Positions 1 through 9,918 of a stretch of 64,000 nucleotides of DNA are shown one piece after another. Origin of the DNA: Naegleria gruberi. Its lineage: Eukaryota. The first letter of the stretch is position 1. Each line of letters begins with the position of its first letter. The translations under genes were made by a program, and so were the position numbers. The stretch is from assembly GCA_000004985.1 (NCBI GenBank), contig GG738871.1; one strand, given 5' to 3'. The notes beneath the pieces are model-generated. The model saw only the letters and a program-made list of their open reading frames with translations, was not told the DNA's origin and did not search any database.

Positions 1-1004
1 TTAGCCACTAAAAATATTACACTCTTATTCTTTTTCAAATCCTCATTCAAATATTCGATAGCATCCAATGATTCATTCAGAGCAGTCAGTGCCAATTCCA
101 AATCATTTTTCAATTCTCCCCATGCATATTGAATGCAGAGTGGATTGGCACAAATGGCCTTCTTCATAAATTCCTTGTCAGATCGAATGGACATGTCCTC
201 ATCGAGTAGACATTCAGGATCTTTTGATATTTTTGAAAGTAGCAACTCTTCTTCATATAGTGAATCATATCCTGATTGACCATATGCTACTTTCAATACT
301 TCATCATCATCTTCAAATTCTTTAGCATATTCAATTGCATTTCCATTCTGTTTCACTGCTTCCAACACAATTTCCTTATCAATAAATTCGGCAAATTCCA
401 AAGCAAATCCATTTTGTTTGACAGCTGCCAAAACGACTTGTTTATCCTCTTTGAGTGTGAAATGAACAAATTCCAAAGCATACCCATTTCTCTCTACAAT
501 TTTCATTACAAATTCCTTATCAATATTCAATGGAGTAATTCTCAAATATTCCAAACTATGTCCAAGAGCAATATCCACAATTTCTTTATCAGATTTAAAT
601 GCATTATCACAATAAACAAACGAATTCGGACTATTCCTAATAGCAGTCAATACAATTTCTCGATCCATTCTCAATTCCTCACTCAAATGTTTCAACAAAT
701 TTCCATTTCTCTGCAGGGCGAATAATAAAACTCTCCTATTTGACTTGACATCTTCTGATATGAAAATCCTCTCAGGATCCATAAATCTAATAGCAGCCAT
801 ATATAATTCCGGATCATTTCCAATCATGGCTGCTAATTCAGGTGAATGTTCAACACATTTCAAAATATTCCTCTCGTGTGTGAATTTTTGTGCAAGTAAT
901 TGATGAAGATCGTGATGGGAACAATACGATAAAGGTGAATCATCACTCAAAATAATATTAACCCTGACTTGATGGTCGTGTGATTCAGCTTGTTGTTGAG
1001 ACAT
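1..1004 (-). CDS. Repeat protein with DUF4116-like ~30-aa repeats (motif 'AVKQNG.ALE[FY]A..D.EIVL'). Partial: the 3' end runs off the window start.
   Basis: The minus-strand ORF opens with ATG at 1004..1002 and reads MSQQQAESHDHQV.... It has no stop before position 1. There are at least 6 tandem repeats with a conserved NG.ALE[FY]A core. Plus-strand ORF 276..725 is the low-complexity antisense of this gene. Confidence 0.5.
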   Translation of the reverse strand, partial: MSQQQAESHDHQVRVNIILSDDSPLSYCSHHDLHQLLAQKFTHERNILKCVEHSPELAAMIGNDPELYMAAIRFMDPERIFISEDVKSNRRVLLFALQRNGNLLKHLSEELRMDREIVLTAIRNSPNSFVYCDNAFKSDKEIVDIALGHSLEYLRITPLNIDKEFVMKIVERNGYALEFVHFTLKEDKQVVLAAVKQNGFALEFAEFIDKEIVLEAVKQNGNAIEYAKEFEDDDEVLKVAYGQSGYDSLYEEELLLSKISKDPECLLDEDMSIRSDKEFMKKAICANPLCIQYAWGELKNDLELALTALNESLDAIEYLNEDLKKNKSVIFLVA

Positions 1005-1315
1005 TTTTTTTATGGAAACTATAAGAATTGTAATCTTCTGGATTTTTTCATCACCAACAGGTTTGCTCCAGTTTCTTATATGAAAGTCGTTCTCTTGTTT
1101 GTTGTTTTAACATTCTCAAAACAACTGTTAAGAATATGCGGCTTAATTTTCTCAATGTGAGGATTTTTTGAGTGTGGTTTTGTGTGGCGAATTAAAGTGG
1201 TGTCAAGGAACATTTTTGGAAAGGAGGGTGAGCTTGGAGTATTTTAGGAAAGGTGTCGAGTTCAATATGGAAGAAATTAACATTAAAATTCAAGTTAATT
1301 TACAATTTATTTACA

Positions 1316-3583
1316 TTATTCCAGAATTGAGAGTGAGATTATCATTTTAGTATTAGGATCTCTCTTCAAGTCGTACTTGTTCATTTCAATCATTCCAAGA
1401 TCGTATCCCTTCATACTACTCAAATCTTTAACAATTTGATCAGTTCCGAAATATGGATGGCTCACAACAGAATTATCAGTAAATCCATGTCCAAGAGTAA
1501 TACACTCAACTCCATTAATTGAAACAACATGTCCTTGATCAACTACCAAATTATAGACATAATCACAGGCAACATCTTGAGGTGATTTGATATCGATTGG
1601 GAATTTCCATTCACCCTTAACTCTTACAGGGTGATATGGGGTAATGTACATTCCATTCATTTCACACAATTTGACAATAGGGGAAGGAGTCTTGCTCTTC
1701 AAGACGCATAAAATAGTGGCATATGAATCACCATTCATGTTCTTAACTCTGTCTCCTTTCTTAATTTCAGAAACCTTCTTGACAGAGTTGTCATACATTG
1801 TGATTAATGAATTACCATCGAAGCAAGAACCACCTGCATTGTAGTATGAGCTCATGTTTGTTGGGGTGTTATAGCTGCCACCACCATAGGAATAGACATT
1901 TGATGGTTTTGGAGGAGGAAGTTTACAAAAGATGTCATCTGCAACAGATTGCAAAGCTTCAAACAAGCTTCCACCAAAGATTTGAACACTTGGGTCTTTG
2001 AAATTGTGGCATTGTTGCATCCAGTTAGCACGAAGGAGAGAAGGCAAATAGTGATAACCCCACTTATTCATGAACTCTTGTTTGGAGAAGGCAATAGATA
2101 CTTGACCTTCGTTTGTATTGTCACTCTTAATATCTCTAACTAGAGCACTGACACGTTCATCTGTAAAGGATGGTAATTTGGCAATAGTTTGCAAGAAGGA
2201 TTCTAATTGATGTTTGCATTCCTTACTACTGTCATCTCTGCTACTGTTACCATTTCTGTAGGTTTGAATACATTTTTCAACACATTCAATGAACATTAAT
2301 CTTGTCAAGTTGGCATCCATATCAGTAGCTTGTTCTGAGGAGAGTGATTGATTAACAGGTTCAACTTTTTCAATAGAATGGTGATTGTAAGTGAGATCAA
2401 CCTTAATGGCAGGCAAATTATTGGCATGCATATCGACATCAATAATATAATCTCTTGATTGTTGGAATTGAACTCCTCCCATTGAAATTGTGAATTGTTT
2501 TTCATTGGTACTGTTATTTCCATTTTGACTGGAACCGTAAACGTGTGAAATCTTGGCACCGTTCATTGAGGAAATGACCAACTCGGCTCTTCTAACAGCA
2601 GTACATAAAATATTACTCATCATGTTAACAAATGTTGTTCCAACCATGGAACAATCAGGAATATAAGAGTAAGCTCCACTTCCATTCATTGCAATATCTT
2701 TCAATAAGGCACTATCCAAACTGTATCCAAATCCAAAGCTGTGAATTGTGGAATTCAATGGATGTTCCTTAATGTACTTTTCAAGAGTTGGGACAATACC
2801 TCTTGGAGGATTAATGTTAGGTTCACCATCTGTGAATAGAATCAAACAAGTATTGGTCTTTGCACAGAGAGGATTATTAAGACTGGATTCCATTCCCAAT
2901 CTCAAACCATCCCATACATTGGTAGATCCTTCAGGTCCTAAATGTTCCAACTTTTCAATGGCCTTCTTCTTACCAACTGCATCCATTTTAGTGAGAGGAA
3001 GTTCCATTCTTGCAGAATCACTGAATGGAATGAGAGAAATTTGATCCTTTTCATTCATTAATTCAATAAGAGTTCTAACAGAGTGCTTGACCAAATCCAA
3101 TCTTGAAAATCCAGTATTTTCATTGGAAGAACTCAAATCTTCAGCACTAGATCCCATACTTCCACTCACATCGAGAATGCATACCAAATTACATGGTTGA
3201 CGTTGACCTCCAGTAGGTGGTGATACCTTAACATGAATTCTTCTCTTTGATTCACTCACTTGCTTTGAAACAATTGTCAAATTCAAAGAATGATCTTCAA
3301 TATCTTGCTCAACCAATGGTGTGACTCTATTCACAACAATAGGAGTATTTCCATGAACCAATTGTTCAATAGTATTTCTCAAAGCAATATTCGATACCAA
3401 CAACTCCTTGCTCATGGCTTCTCTTGTCAATGGTGAAGTAGCATGAATAGTCAACCAATGTTCAATTGCTTCTCTTTCATAGGTTTGACCATCGGTACCA
3501 ATAACAGGATCTTTCATAATTTCCTGTGTGATTGGACAATAAAATTCATTTGGATAATTTCTTTGAGTTGATGATGATGACAT
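1316..3583 (-). CDS. U-box E3 ligase domain + von Willebrand A domain + C-terminal Hint (hedgehog/intein-type autoprocessing) domain protein. 755 aa, single exon.
   Basis: The N-terminus 'FYCPITQEIMKDPVIGTDGQTYEREAIEHWL' is a U-box. 'CILDVSGSMGSS' is a vWA MIDAS DxSxS motif. The C-terminus 'CFDGNSLITMYDNSVKKVSEIKKGDRV...VVDQGHVVSINGVECITLGHGF' is a Hint module that begins with the nucleophilic Cys. The start is a genuine ATG at 3583. Confidence 0.75.
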   Translation of the reverse strand: MSSSSTQRNYPNEFYCPITQEIMKDPVIGTDGQTYEREAIEHWLTIHATSPLTREAMSKELLVSNIALRNTIEQLVHGNTPIVVNRVTPLVEQDIEDHSLNLTIVSKQVSESKRRIHVKVSPPTGGQRQPCNLVCILDVSGSMGSSAEDLSSSNENTGFSRLDLVKHSVRTLIELMNEKDQISLIPFSDSARMELPLTKMDAVGKKKAIEKLEHLGPEGSTNVWDGLRLGMESSLNNPLCAKTNTCLILFTDGEPNINPPRGIVPTLEKYIKEHPLNSTIHSFGFGYSLDSALLKDIAMNGSGAYSYIPDCSMVGTTFVNMMSNILCTAVRRAELVISSMNGAKISHVYGSSQNGNNSTNEKQFTISMGGVQFQQSRDYIIDVDMHANNLPAIKVDLTYNHHSIEKVEPVNQSLSSEQATDMDANLTRLMFIECVEKCIQTYRNGNSSRDDSSKECKHQLESFLQTIAKLPSFTDERVSALVRDIKSDNTNEGQVSIAFSKQEFMNKWGYHYLPSLLRANWMQQCHNFKDPSVQIFGGSLFEALQSVADDIFCKLPPPKPSNVYSYGGGSYNTPTNMSSYYNAGGSCFDGNSLITMYDNSVKKVSEIKKGDRVKNMNGDSYATILCVLKSKTPSPIVKLCEMNGMYITPYHPVRVKGEWKFPIDIKSPQDVACDYVYNLVVDQGHVVSINGVECITLGHGFTDNSVVSHPYFGTDQIVKDLSSMKGYDLGMIEMNKYDLKRDPNTKMIISLSILE

Positions 3584-3999
3584 GATCAGCTGATGTATAT
3601 TATTATATGTACAATAGTATGTCTTGGTGTTGTTCTTTTTTTCTTATTGAAAAAGTTCTTCTCAGATTTTAAGAGTTCCTTTTAAAGGCCATTGCTAAAT
3701 TACTATCGGAGAGTTGAGAATTTGATTGATCTTCAATTTGTAAATTGTTCTCTCTTCATTGAAAGCGCTGTGAACTTTGATAATTATCAACAAATTCTCT
3801 TCTCTGTCTTCTCATCATCAAATGATAATTCTAAATTTATGCAAATTCTCGGCGGGTAATGAGAAGAAGAAGTAAATGAAGTAAATGTGTTATTTTGTAT
3901 ATATACAAAAGGTATTCTCTCTCATATGGATGTGTTTTTAATTGGTAATATTAAAGTTGCTGATTCGATCGAATGAAAAGCGCTGCAAGTCTTTAATTT

Positions 4000-4599
4000 T
4001 TATTTAATAATTAATAAACAGTAATATTTAAATATTGATGATGTTTGTTGCTCTGTTCTTATTAATCGTTTGAATAATTCTTCCTGAATCAAATCATTGG
4101 ACTTTTTCAGAGCATTTTGTAATTCTTGTAATTGTTTAACACTCGAAAGGGATGAAATTTCATCTGCTGAAATGGTTGCTCTCTTTACAAGATCAGATTT
4201 CAATTGATTATTCTTTGAATTTTCCATTTCTAATAGGTTACATTGATTCTTGAATGAGGTAAGCAACATTGTTATCATTTCAAATCTTTCATTCATTGGT
4301 GTTTGCATCAATTTGTTTTTCATTTCTGTATTAATTTCTGGTGCCTCAATGCCCTGGTTGTAATATTCCAAGTTTCGTTTGTGTAGTTTCTTATAACCTT
4401 CTTTAGTTTCCTCGGTAGCTACCTTCCACATATTGGCCAATTCTCTTTGGATTTCCTTTTCGGAATAGGTCTCACCAAGACGAGCCCTAACTTTTGCTCT
4501 GTTATCTAAATTTCAGTTTACCAAAATTAATTCAGAGTTTGAATTAATAAACTGCTTACCATTACAAAAGAGAATATATGAAGAACAGGGTTTTTTCAT
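4000..4599 (-). CDS. HMG-box DNA-binding protein with a coiled-coil tail. Two exons (4599..4560 and 4505..4000) with a 54-nt GTAAGC..AG intron at 4506..4559.
   Basis: The spliced product 'MKKPCSSYILFCNDNRAKVRARLGETYSEKEIQRELANMWKVATEETKEGYKKLHKRNLEYY' matches the HMG-box consensus (P.S.Y..F....R.......E......W....E.K..Y). Exon phases are consistent: exon 1 contributes 40 nt ending in phase 1. Confidence 0.6.
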
Positions 4600-4733
4600 A
4601 TTCATGAACATCTCAAGTTGTTTTTTTTTTGATTTTGTAAATTATCTATAAATAGTCTCCACCCGAACTGTGGAGGAAATAACAAAAGGATTTAAATTCA
4701 AGATCATTAATTTTTGACAAGAATTAGTTTGTA

Positions 4734-5931
4734 TTAATTATTGAAATTCAAAGTATCAAAGAAGGATTTCACTTGATTTTCCATATCTTGAATGTACTTT
4801 TCCTGTTCTTCCTCTTTGCCAATGAACCAACTTTGATAACAAGTCAAACACATGGCAAACGAAACTGCATTGAAATATTTCCTCCGTTCTTGATATCCTT
4901 TCCAGAAGGTTTCTGGATTCATATTTAGAGAAGGAAGAAGGTGTTTGTTCATTGATTCAATCATGAATTCTCGTTCTTCATCGTTGGTTGCATAATTATA
5001 AAGCATTTCTGAAATATCTTCATCAATGATTGAGAAGGAAGACCATTCCCAGTCAATTATGCCAGTAATGACTTTTGTTTGAGGATCTACAAGTGTATTA
5101 TTTGGAGTAATATCAATATGGCAAATTGACATTAAATTATACGGAAACTCTATTGTTGTTTCTAACATGTTCAATAAATCGTTGGAATTTAGTAACAAAG
5201 TAAGATAAGGAACCATTCTTGATAATTTTCATATCTTCCAATCGAAAATCAATTAAGGAAATGATGTAATCATTGAAAGAACGGAATGGACCTTTTAAGG
5301 TATCACAATTAGGACCAATGAGGGCAAGTACTTGACCATTTTTCATTTCAATACCTTGATAACATCCAAATAAGGGATTTGGCCCAGCTTGATCGTTATC
5401 ACAAGTTCTTGTGAGGAATTTTAAATCACTCAATTTGGATCTTTCCTTAACTATTTGATTCAAGTAATGTTTTCTTTCGTCAGTGGTCATGTCACCATAA
5501 ATTGTGTTCAATGTTATTCCTTCACACTTTGACATGAAAATGTATTCGTTTCCAATTAAATCACCTTCACAATCGTATCCATAAATGGTTGGCACTGGAA
5601 AATCTTTAACATTCTCACTAAGGAATTGGATCACCAACACTTCATTGAGAGTTTTCAATCTTTTCCAATTTGGGGGCAAAATTTTTACAATGCTCTTCAA
5701 TTCCTTATCATTTAATTTAATGGTCAAACAATAGACAGCATTGACAACTCCATTATCAATTTGTTGCACATCTATTGCTAATACACAAGTATCCGCATTG
5801 GTGCCATATTCGAAACCAATTCTTTCAGAAAGATCTCTTCGAAAGTCAGCACATTCCACCGCCGATTTGTTAATAATCTTGAATGCCTTTTCATTATCCA
5901 ATTGAATATCATAACGAGTGGATTCTCTCAT
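4734..5931 (-). CDS. Aminoglycoside-phosphotransferase/choline-kinase-like (APH fold) kinase. Two exons (5931..5214 and 5161..4734) with a putative 52-nt intron at 5162..5213, or else a frameshift.
   Basis: The C-terminal ORF carries 'ICHIDITPNNTLVD...GIIDWEWSSF' (APH catalytic loop HxDxxxxN plus DWE). The two overlapping track ORFs (5137..5976 and 4734..5216) differ by +1 frame. A 52-nt GTTCCT..TTAG intron restores the frame, giving '...KIIKN|ETTIEFPYNLMSICHID'. The donor is non-consensus, so a sequencing frameshift is equally possible. The track start at 5976 is TTG. The first in-frame ATG is at 5931. Confidence 0.5.
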
Positions 5932-6290
5932 TTTTTCTAGTGAATGAATTTCAACTTTGAATATTAACCACTTCAAATATTAAAATCTTCATTTCAAACT
6001 CGAAATTGAAATCAAAAACCTTAATATTTCTGAAGCAATTATCTTTCCAATTCGATTCCAGAGAGTTATTAAAGGTGTTATGCTCAATCATTGATCATAC
6101 ACTTTGGTAACACTATAAAATTCGAGTAATTGAGATGTTTTCTATTCCCTTACAACGACTTCTTCTATTTTTAAAGGTCATTACATAAAAATTCAGATGA
6201 TGAACTCTGTAAAACAACGCCAAGATAAAAACCCGCCAAAATTTTTAGCCTAGAACTATAAATTTCAAAAAAACAAATCAAATTATAGAA

Positions 6291-7376
6291 ATGATTAGCA
6301 ACACTGTTAATAACAGCAACAATAACGCACCTAATGCTTCCGAACCAATTGAAATTAAATTAAATTATTTGATGAAGAAGCATGATGATGATCAAATTAT
6401 TGAACAAAGTTTGCCTTCCTTCTCTCCTTTGGAAAATCTTCAAGATTTGAAAGATTATATTGCAAATCAATTTAATTCAAATTTGATGAATGATGATGAA
6501 GAACCAAAATCTGTCAAGATTGTTAAAGTTAAGGATTTCAAGGCAAAATCTGGTAAAAAGTTTAGAGCCCTTCATACTGATGAAGATTGGACCAATTCTA
6601 TCAATTCCATTCTTCAACATCGTCTTGATTCCTCTACCACAACTTCTGTTGAACCATTCATTGTTGATTTCAAGATTAGAATGAAAAAGTCCAAGAAGGA
6701 TAAAGTTTCTAATGATAAGAGTGAAAGAAAAGCTGAAAGAGAGCTCAAGAAACAAGAACGTCAAGAAAAACGTCGTTTCCAAAAGGAAGAATCTCAAAAG
6801 GTTCATGCTGATGATTTAATTCTCGTAGATGAAAGTACTGGAATTGCATCCAAGATGAATCCAGAAATTAGTAGAATTATCATTGATGGTAATAATCTCT
6901 TCTTCCAAACCAATACTTTGAGAGGTTTAATTCTCAAGAGTAAGAAGAAACACCAAGTTGAAGAATTACTTGTCCACATGGCTAAAAAGTATTCTCAATT
7001 CTCTGAAACAACTTTCAATCAAAAATTGAATTTAATGCATGTTGTTTTTGATGCTTCAAGCAATCAAGTTAATGGTACTTCCAATGATGGAACATTTGTT
7101 GTTTCATCTGCCAAGAAGGAAGGATTCACCATTGCTGATGATATGCTTGTTGAATTGGCAAATCGACAAAATATTGCTGGCACTTTGGATTCTTGTCTAT
7201 TTGTTACATCTGACAGAGGATTGAGAGAACGTTTGAAGTCCATTGGAGCTAAATGTATCAAGTCTGGAAGATGGATGGCATTTGCTCATGCTCATCTTTG
7301 TCCAAATGCAGCCACCACTTCAATTGATGAATGGACTGCTCAATTATGGAGTCAAGTTACTAATGAAAGTAACTAA
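6291..7376 (+). CDS. Possible PIN/NYN-like nuclease domain protein (YacP-like), with an N-terminal ubiquitin-like region and a central K/E-rich linker.
   Basis: The C-terminal half has 'IIIDGNNLFF', 'VVFDAS', 'TIADDMLVE' and 'FVTSDRGLRERLKSIGAKCIKS', which resemble the acidic-residue pattern of NYN/PIN domains. This 361-aa ORF begins with a real ATG. The family assignment is tentative. Confidence 0.5.
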   Translation: MISNTVNNSNNNAPNASEPIEIKLNYLMKKHDDDQIIEQSLPSFSPLENLQDLKDYIANQFNSNLMNDDEEPKSVKIVKVKDFKAKSGKKFRALHTDEDWTNSINSILQHRLDSSTTTSVEPFIVDFKIRMKKSKKDKVSNDKSERKAERELKKQERQEKRRFQKEESQKVHADDLILVDESTGIASKMNPEISRIIIDGNNLFFQTNTLRGLILKSKKKHQVEELLVHMAKKYSQFSETTFNQKLNLMHVVFDASSNQVNGTSNDGTFVVSSAKKEGFTIADDMLVELANRQNIAGTLDSCLFVTSDRGLRERLKSIGAKCIKSGRWMAFAHAHLCPNAATTSIDEWTAQLWSQVTNESN

Positions 7377-7702
7377 ATTAAGATACCACTCAAAGATTAC
7401 TCTTAATAAAAGAAGTCTTTTCTTAAATTATGATGCAAATTAATGAAATGTTCATAAAGGACAGTGGTGTAATAGTTTACAAAATATTGAGAAATGAAAT
7501 TAAAAAAGGAAACTTTCTAAATTCTGATAAATTATTATGCAAATTGATGGATTTTATTATCATTTTCATCAATAATAAGGTGATTTACAATCCAATATCA
7601 CAAACTTCTTTTCACAAACCTCATTATTCCCTAACCAAACCTACTTGTCAATTATAAACAAACAACTGTCACTTTTCAAACATTAAAATCAACACAAAAA
7701 AA

Positions 7703-8630
7703 ATGGGCAACAAACTCTCCCAAGCTGAAAAGCTCATCAAATCTGGTCAAAATTGCGACCTCGACTTGGATGAAAAGGAAATCAACAACAAGGAATTAGC
7801 ACAACTTTCCGATCTTCTCAGAAATAACAATACTTGTTATGCTCTCCATTTGAAGGCAAATAATTTTGATGAGAAGGGATTGGAAGCACTTGGAGAGGCG
7901 TTGCAGACTAATAGATTTTTGAAAAGATTGTATTTGAATAATAATAGAATTGGTGATGTAGGTTTACAACAATATTAAATAGTATTTAATATTTAAATGA
8001 TGATCAATGTTAATTAATATATTTAATTAAAATAATGATAATAATAATAATAATGGATGATATTCACTTTAGGTTGGATGTAAACATTTAGCTGATGCAA
8101 TTAAACGTGTGACAGCTCTTGGTATGATTGACATGTCAATGTCTGGTATTGGAACACAAGGAGCTAAATTCTTGGGAGTTTCTCTCGTTCTTAACAATTC
8201 CATTCACACAATTTACTTGACTGATAACACAATTGGTGCTGAAGGAACCAAAGCTTTGGCTGAAGGTTTGAAGGACAATAAGAAACTCAAAGTTTTGGAC
8301 ATTTCAAGAAATGATATTGGAAATGATGGAGCTGTTGCTTTGGCAGAAATGTTAAAAGTCAATTCAGTGTTGGAACAATTGTATATTGTCAAGAATAATA
8401 TTGGCACAACTGGATCCATTGCTTTGGCTGAAGCTTTGGTTGTAAATAAGGGAATGAGAAGTTTGAATATGGATTTTAATCCGATTGGTGATGATGGTGC
8501 AACTCCTTTCATGAAGGTTCTTCGTGAAAATGACAAGATTGAAAAGATTGAATTTGATGATAAGAGTATTTCTGAAGATTGGAAGAATGAATTTAGAATG
8601 AGATTACAAAGAAAGCAAGAAGTTCGTTAA
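7703..8630 (+). CDS. RNI-like leucine-rich-repeat protein (ribonuclease-inhibitor-type LRRs) with an N-terminal MG.. myristoylation-type start. Two exons (7703..7957 and 8073..8630) with a 115-nt intron at 7958..8072.
   Basis: 'MGNKLSQ...' is followed by repeats of 'L..L.L..N.IGD.G..ALAE.L' ('NNNRIGD|VGCKHLADAIKRV' spans the splice). The intron is GTAGGT...TTTAG and both exons are in phase 0. Confidence 0.7.
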
Positions 8631-8811
8631 TTATTTCTACTTTGTAATGACTATTGCGTGTTAATTGAATTATTGAACTATTTTGATGTTGTATTACCAT
8701 AAATACACAACAAATTTGCAAATCTAATTTGGATGTTAGTGTGTTGTCAAGTTGAAATCATACCACTAAGTTGTTGTTTCATAATTGTTTTTTGAATTGA
8801 GAAATTAAGAT

Positions 8812-9843
8812 TTACTTGTTTACAACAAATTCATCATCACCAAAAGTCACAATTATCTTGGCCTGTTGGTTAGTGAATGAGTCAGTTAGAAAATATGTAG
8901 ATTCTGGAAATATTTTAGTAACATCTTCCAGAGATTTGCAATTAGAAAGTTGTTGTTTAGCTGTTTTCATTTCCATTTTGGTTACAACTTTGTTAAAAAG
9001 TAGTGTTACTATACTATCATCACAATTCTTTAAATTGACAATTTTTGGAAGGGAAAGGTTGAACATTGCATGATAAATAGGTTTTCCATAATAAACTTTT
9101 AGAGAAGTCCAATTCAATACCATAAAAGGTAATTTGAAGAAATTTTCACCCAATGTTGACAATATCTCTTGATTTGTTAATTGCAAATATTTTTCCAATT
9201 TAGATATCATCTTCCAACCAAAATATATTACAATAGCTGATGGATGTTGAAATGGTAAACCATTTTTGTCAATTAGAGTATTCCATTCTATTATGTCTTT
9301 ATCAACTTCGTCTTGATATAAAAGTTTAGTTTTTGAGATGGTACCATCAGGATACTGAATAGTTGTCACACACATTCTATCAGCCCCTTTCTTATTCTTT
9401 GTTTTTTGGTAGATGTAATGAATTCCATCTTCACTAGTATCACCATTTAATGCAATTACTTTTGTTTCAACATTAAACTCCTCTAATAAAATAACAGATT
9501 CTTTCCATAACAATGATTCTAGCAATGCATTTGTTGGTACCATATTTGAGAAATATTCTTTAAACAAAATATTATTATTCCCCAATATTCTATGAGCATG
9601 GCATTTGGCTACTTCAAAACTTGCATTAAACTGTTCAAACTCAAGCCCATGGAGATTTTGAACACCCTTATTCCGAATACAACTACTTAACTTGTCAATA
9701 AAATCGCTAAAAACAGTATCTCTTGTTGGAATGGAAATATCGAGTGGTAAATTTGGTTGTACGACTATAAAATCAGTATCTACAGTATCCAAAGTAATAC
9801 ATCCATTTACTTCTAAAGATTCAATTGAAAACTTTTGCAACAT
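8812..9843 (-). CDS. Hypothetical protein, 343 aa. It lies immediately downstream of, and may be fused to, the P-loop NTPase gene.
   Basis: The ORF is long and begins with ATG. I recognise no domain. It sits only 75 nt downstream of the 9919..11418 stop on the same strand. A GTAATC..AG segment of 33 nt (9897..9929) would join the two ORFs in frame. Confidence 0.45.
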   Translation of the reverse strand: MLQKFSIESLEVNGCITLDTVDTDFIVVQPNLPLDISIPTRDTVFSDFIDKLSSCIRNKGVQNLHGLEFEQFNASFEVAKCHAHRILGNNNILFKEYFSNMVPTNALLESLLWKESVILLEEFNVETKVIALNGDTSEDGIHYIYQKTKNKKGADRMCVTTIQYPDGTISKTKLLYQDEVDKDIIEWNTLIDKNGLPFQHPSAIVIYFGWKMISKLEKYLQLTNQEILSTLGENFFKLPFMVLNWTSLKVYYGKPIYHAMFNLSLPKIVNLKNCDDSIVTLLFNKVVTKMEMKTAKQQLSNCKSLEDVTKIFPESTYFLTDSFTNQQAKIIVTFGDDEFVVNK

Positions 9844-9918
9844 AATATTTCTTCTAACTCTTCTGTTAATTAAGTGATAAGAAAAAATGGAATCAACTAT
9901 TTCTGAATATTCATAGAA

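Noticed and set aside
276-725. A 149-aa plus-strand ORF 'MTICYFQYFIIIFKFF...'
   Set aside because: It is the low-complexity antisense of the well-supported minus-strand DUF4116-like repeat gene (1..1004). It has no domain and its composition is strongly hydrophobic and biased.
1316-1800. Intein inserted in a host gene
   Set aside because: The Hint module is C-terminal and follows a complete vWA domain (Hog/Vint-type autoprocessing domain). It does not interrupt a conserved host protein, and no homing-endonuclease segment is present.
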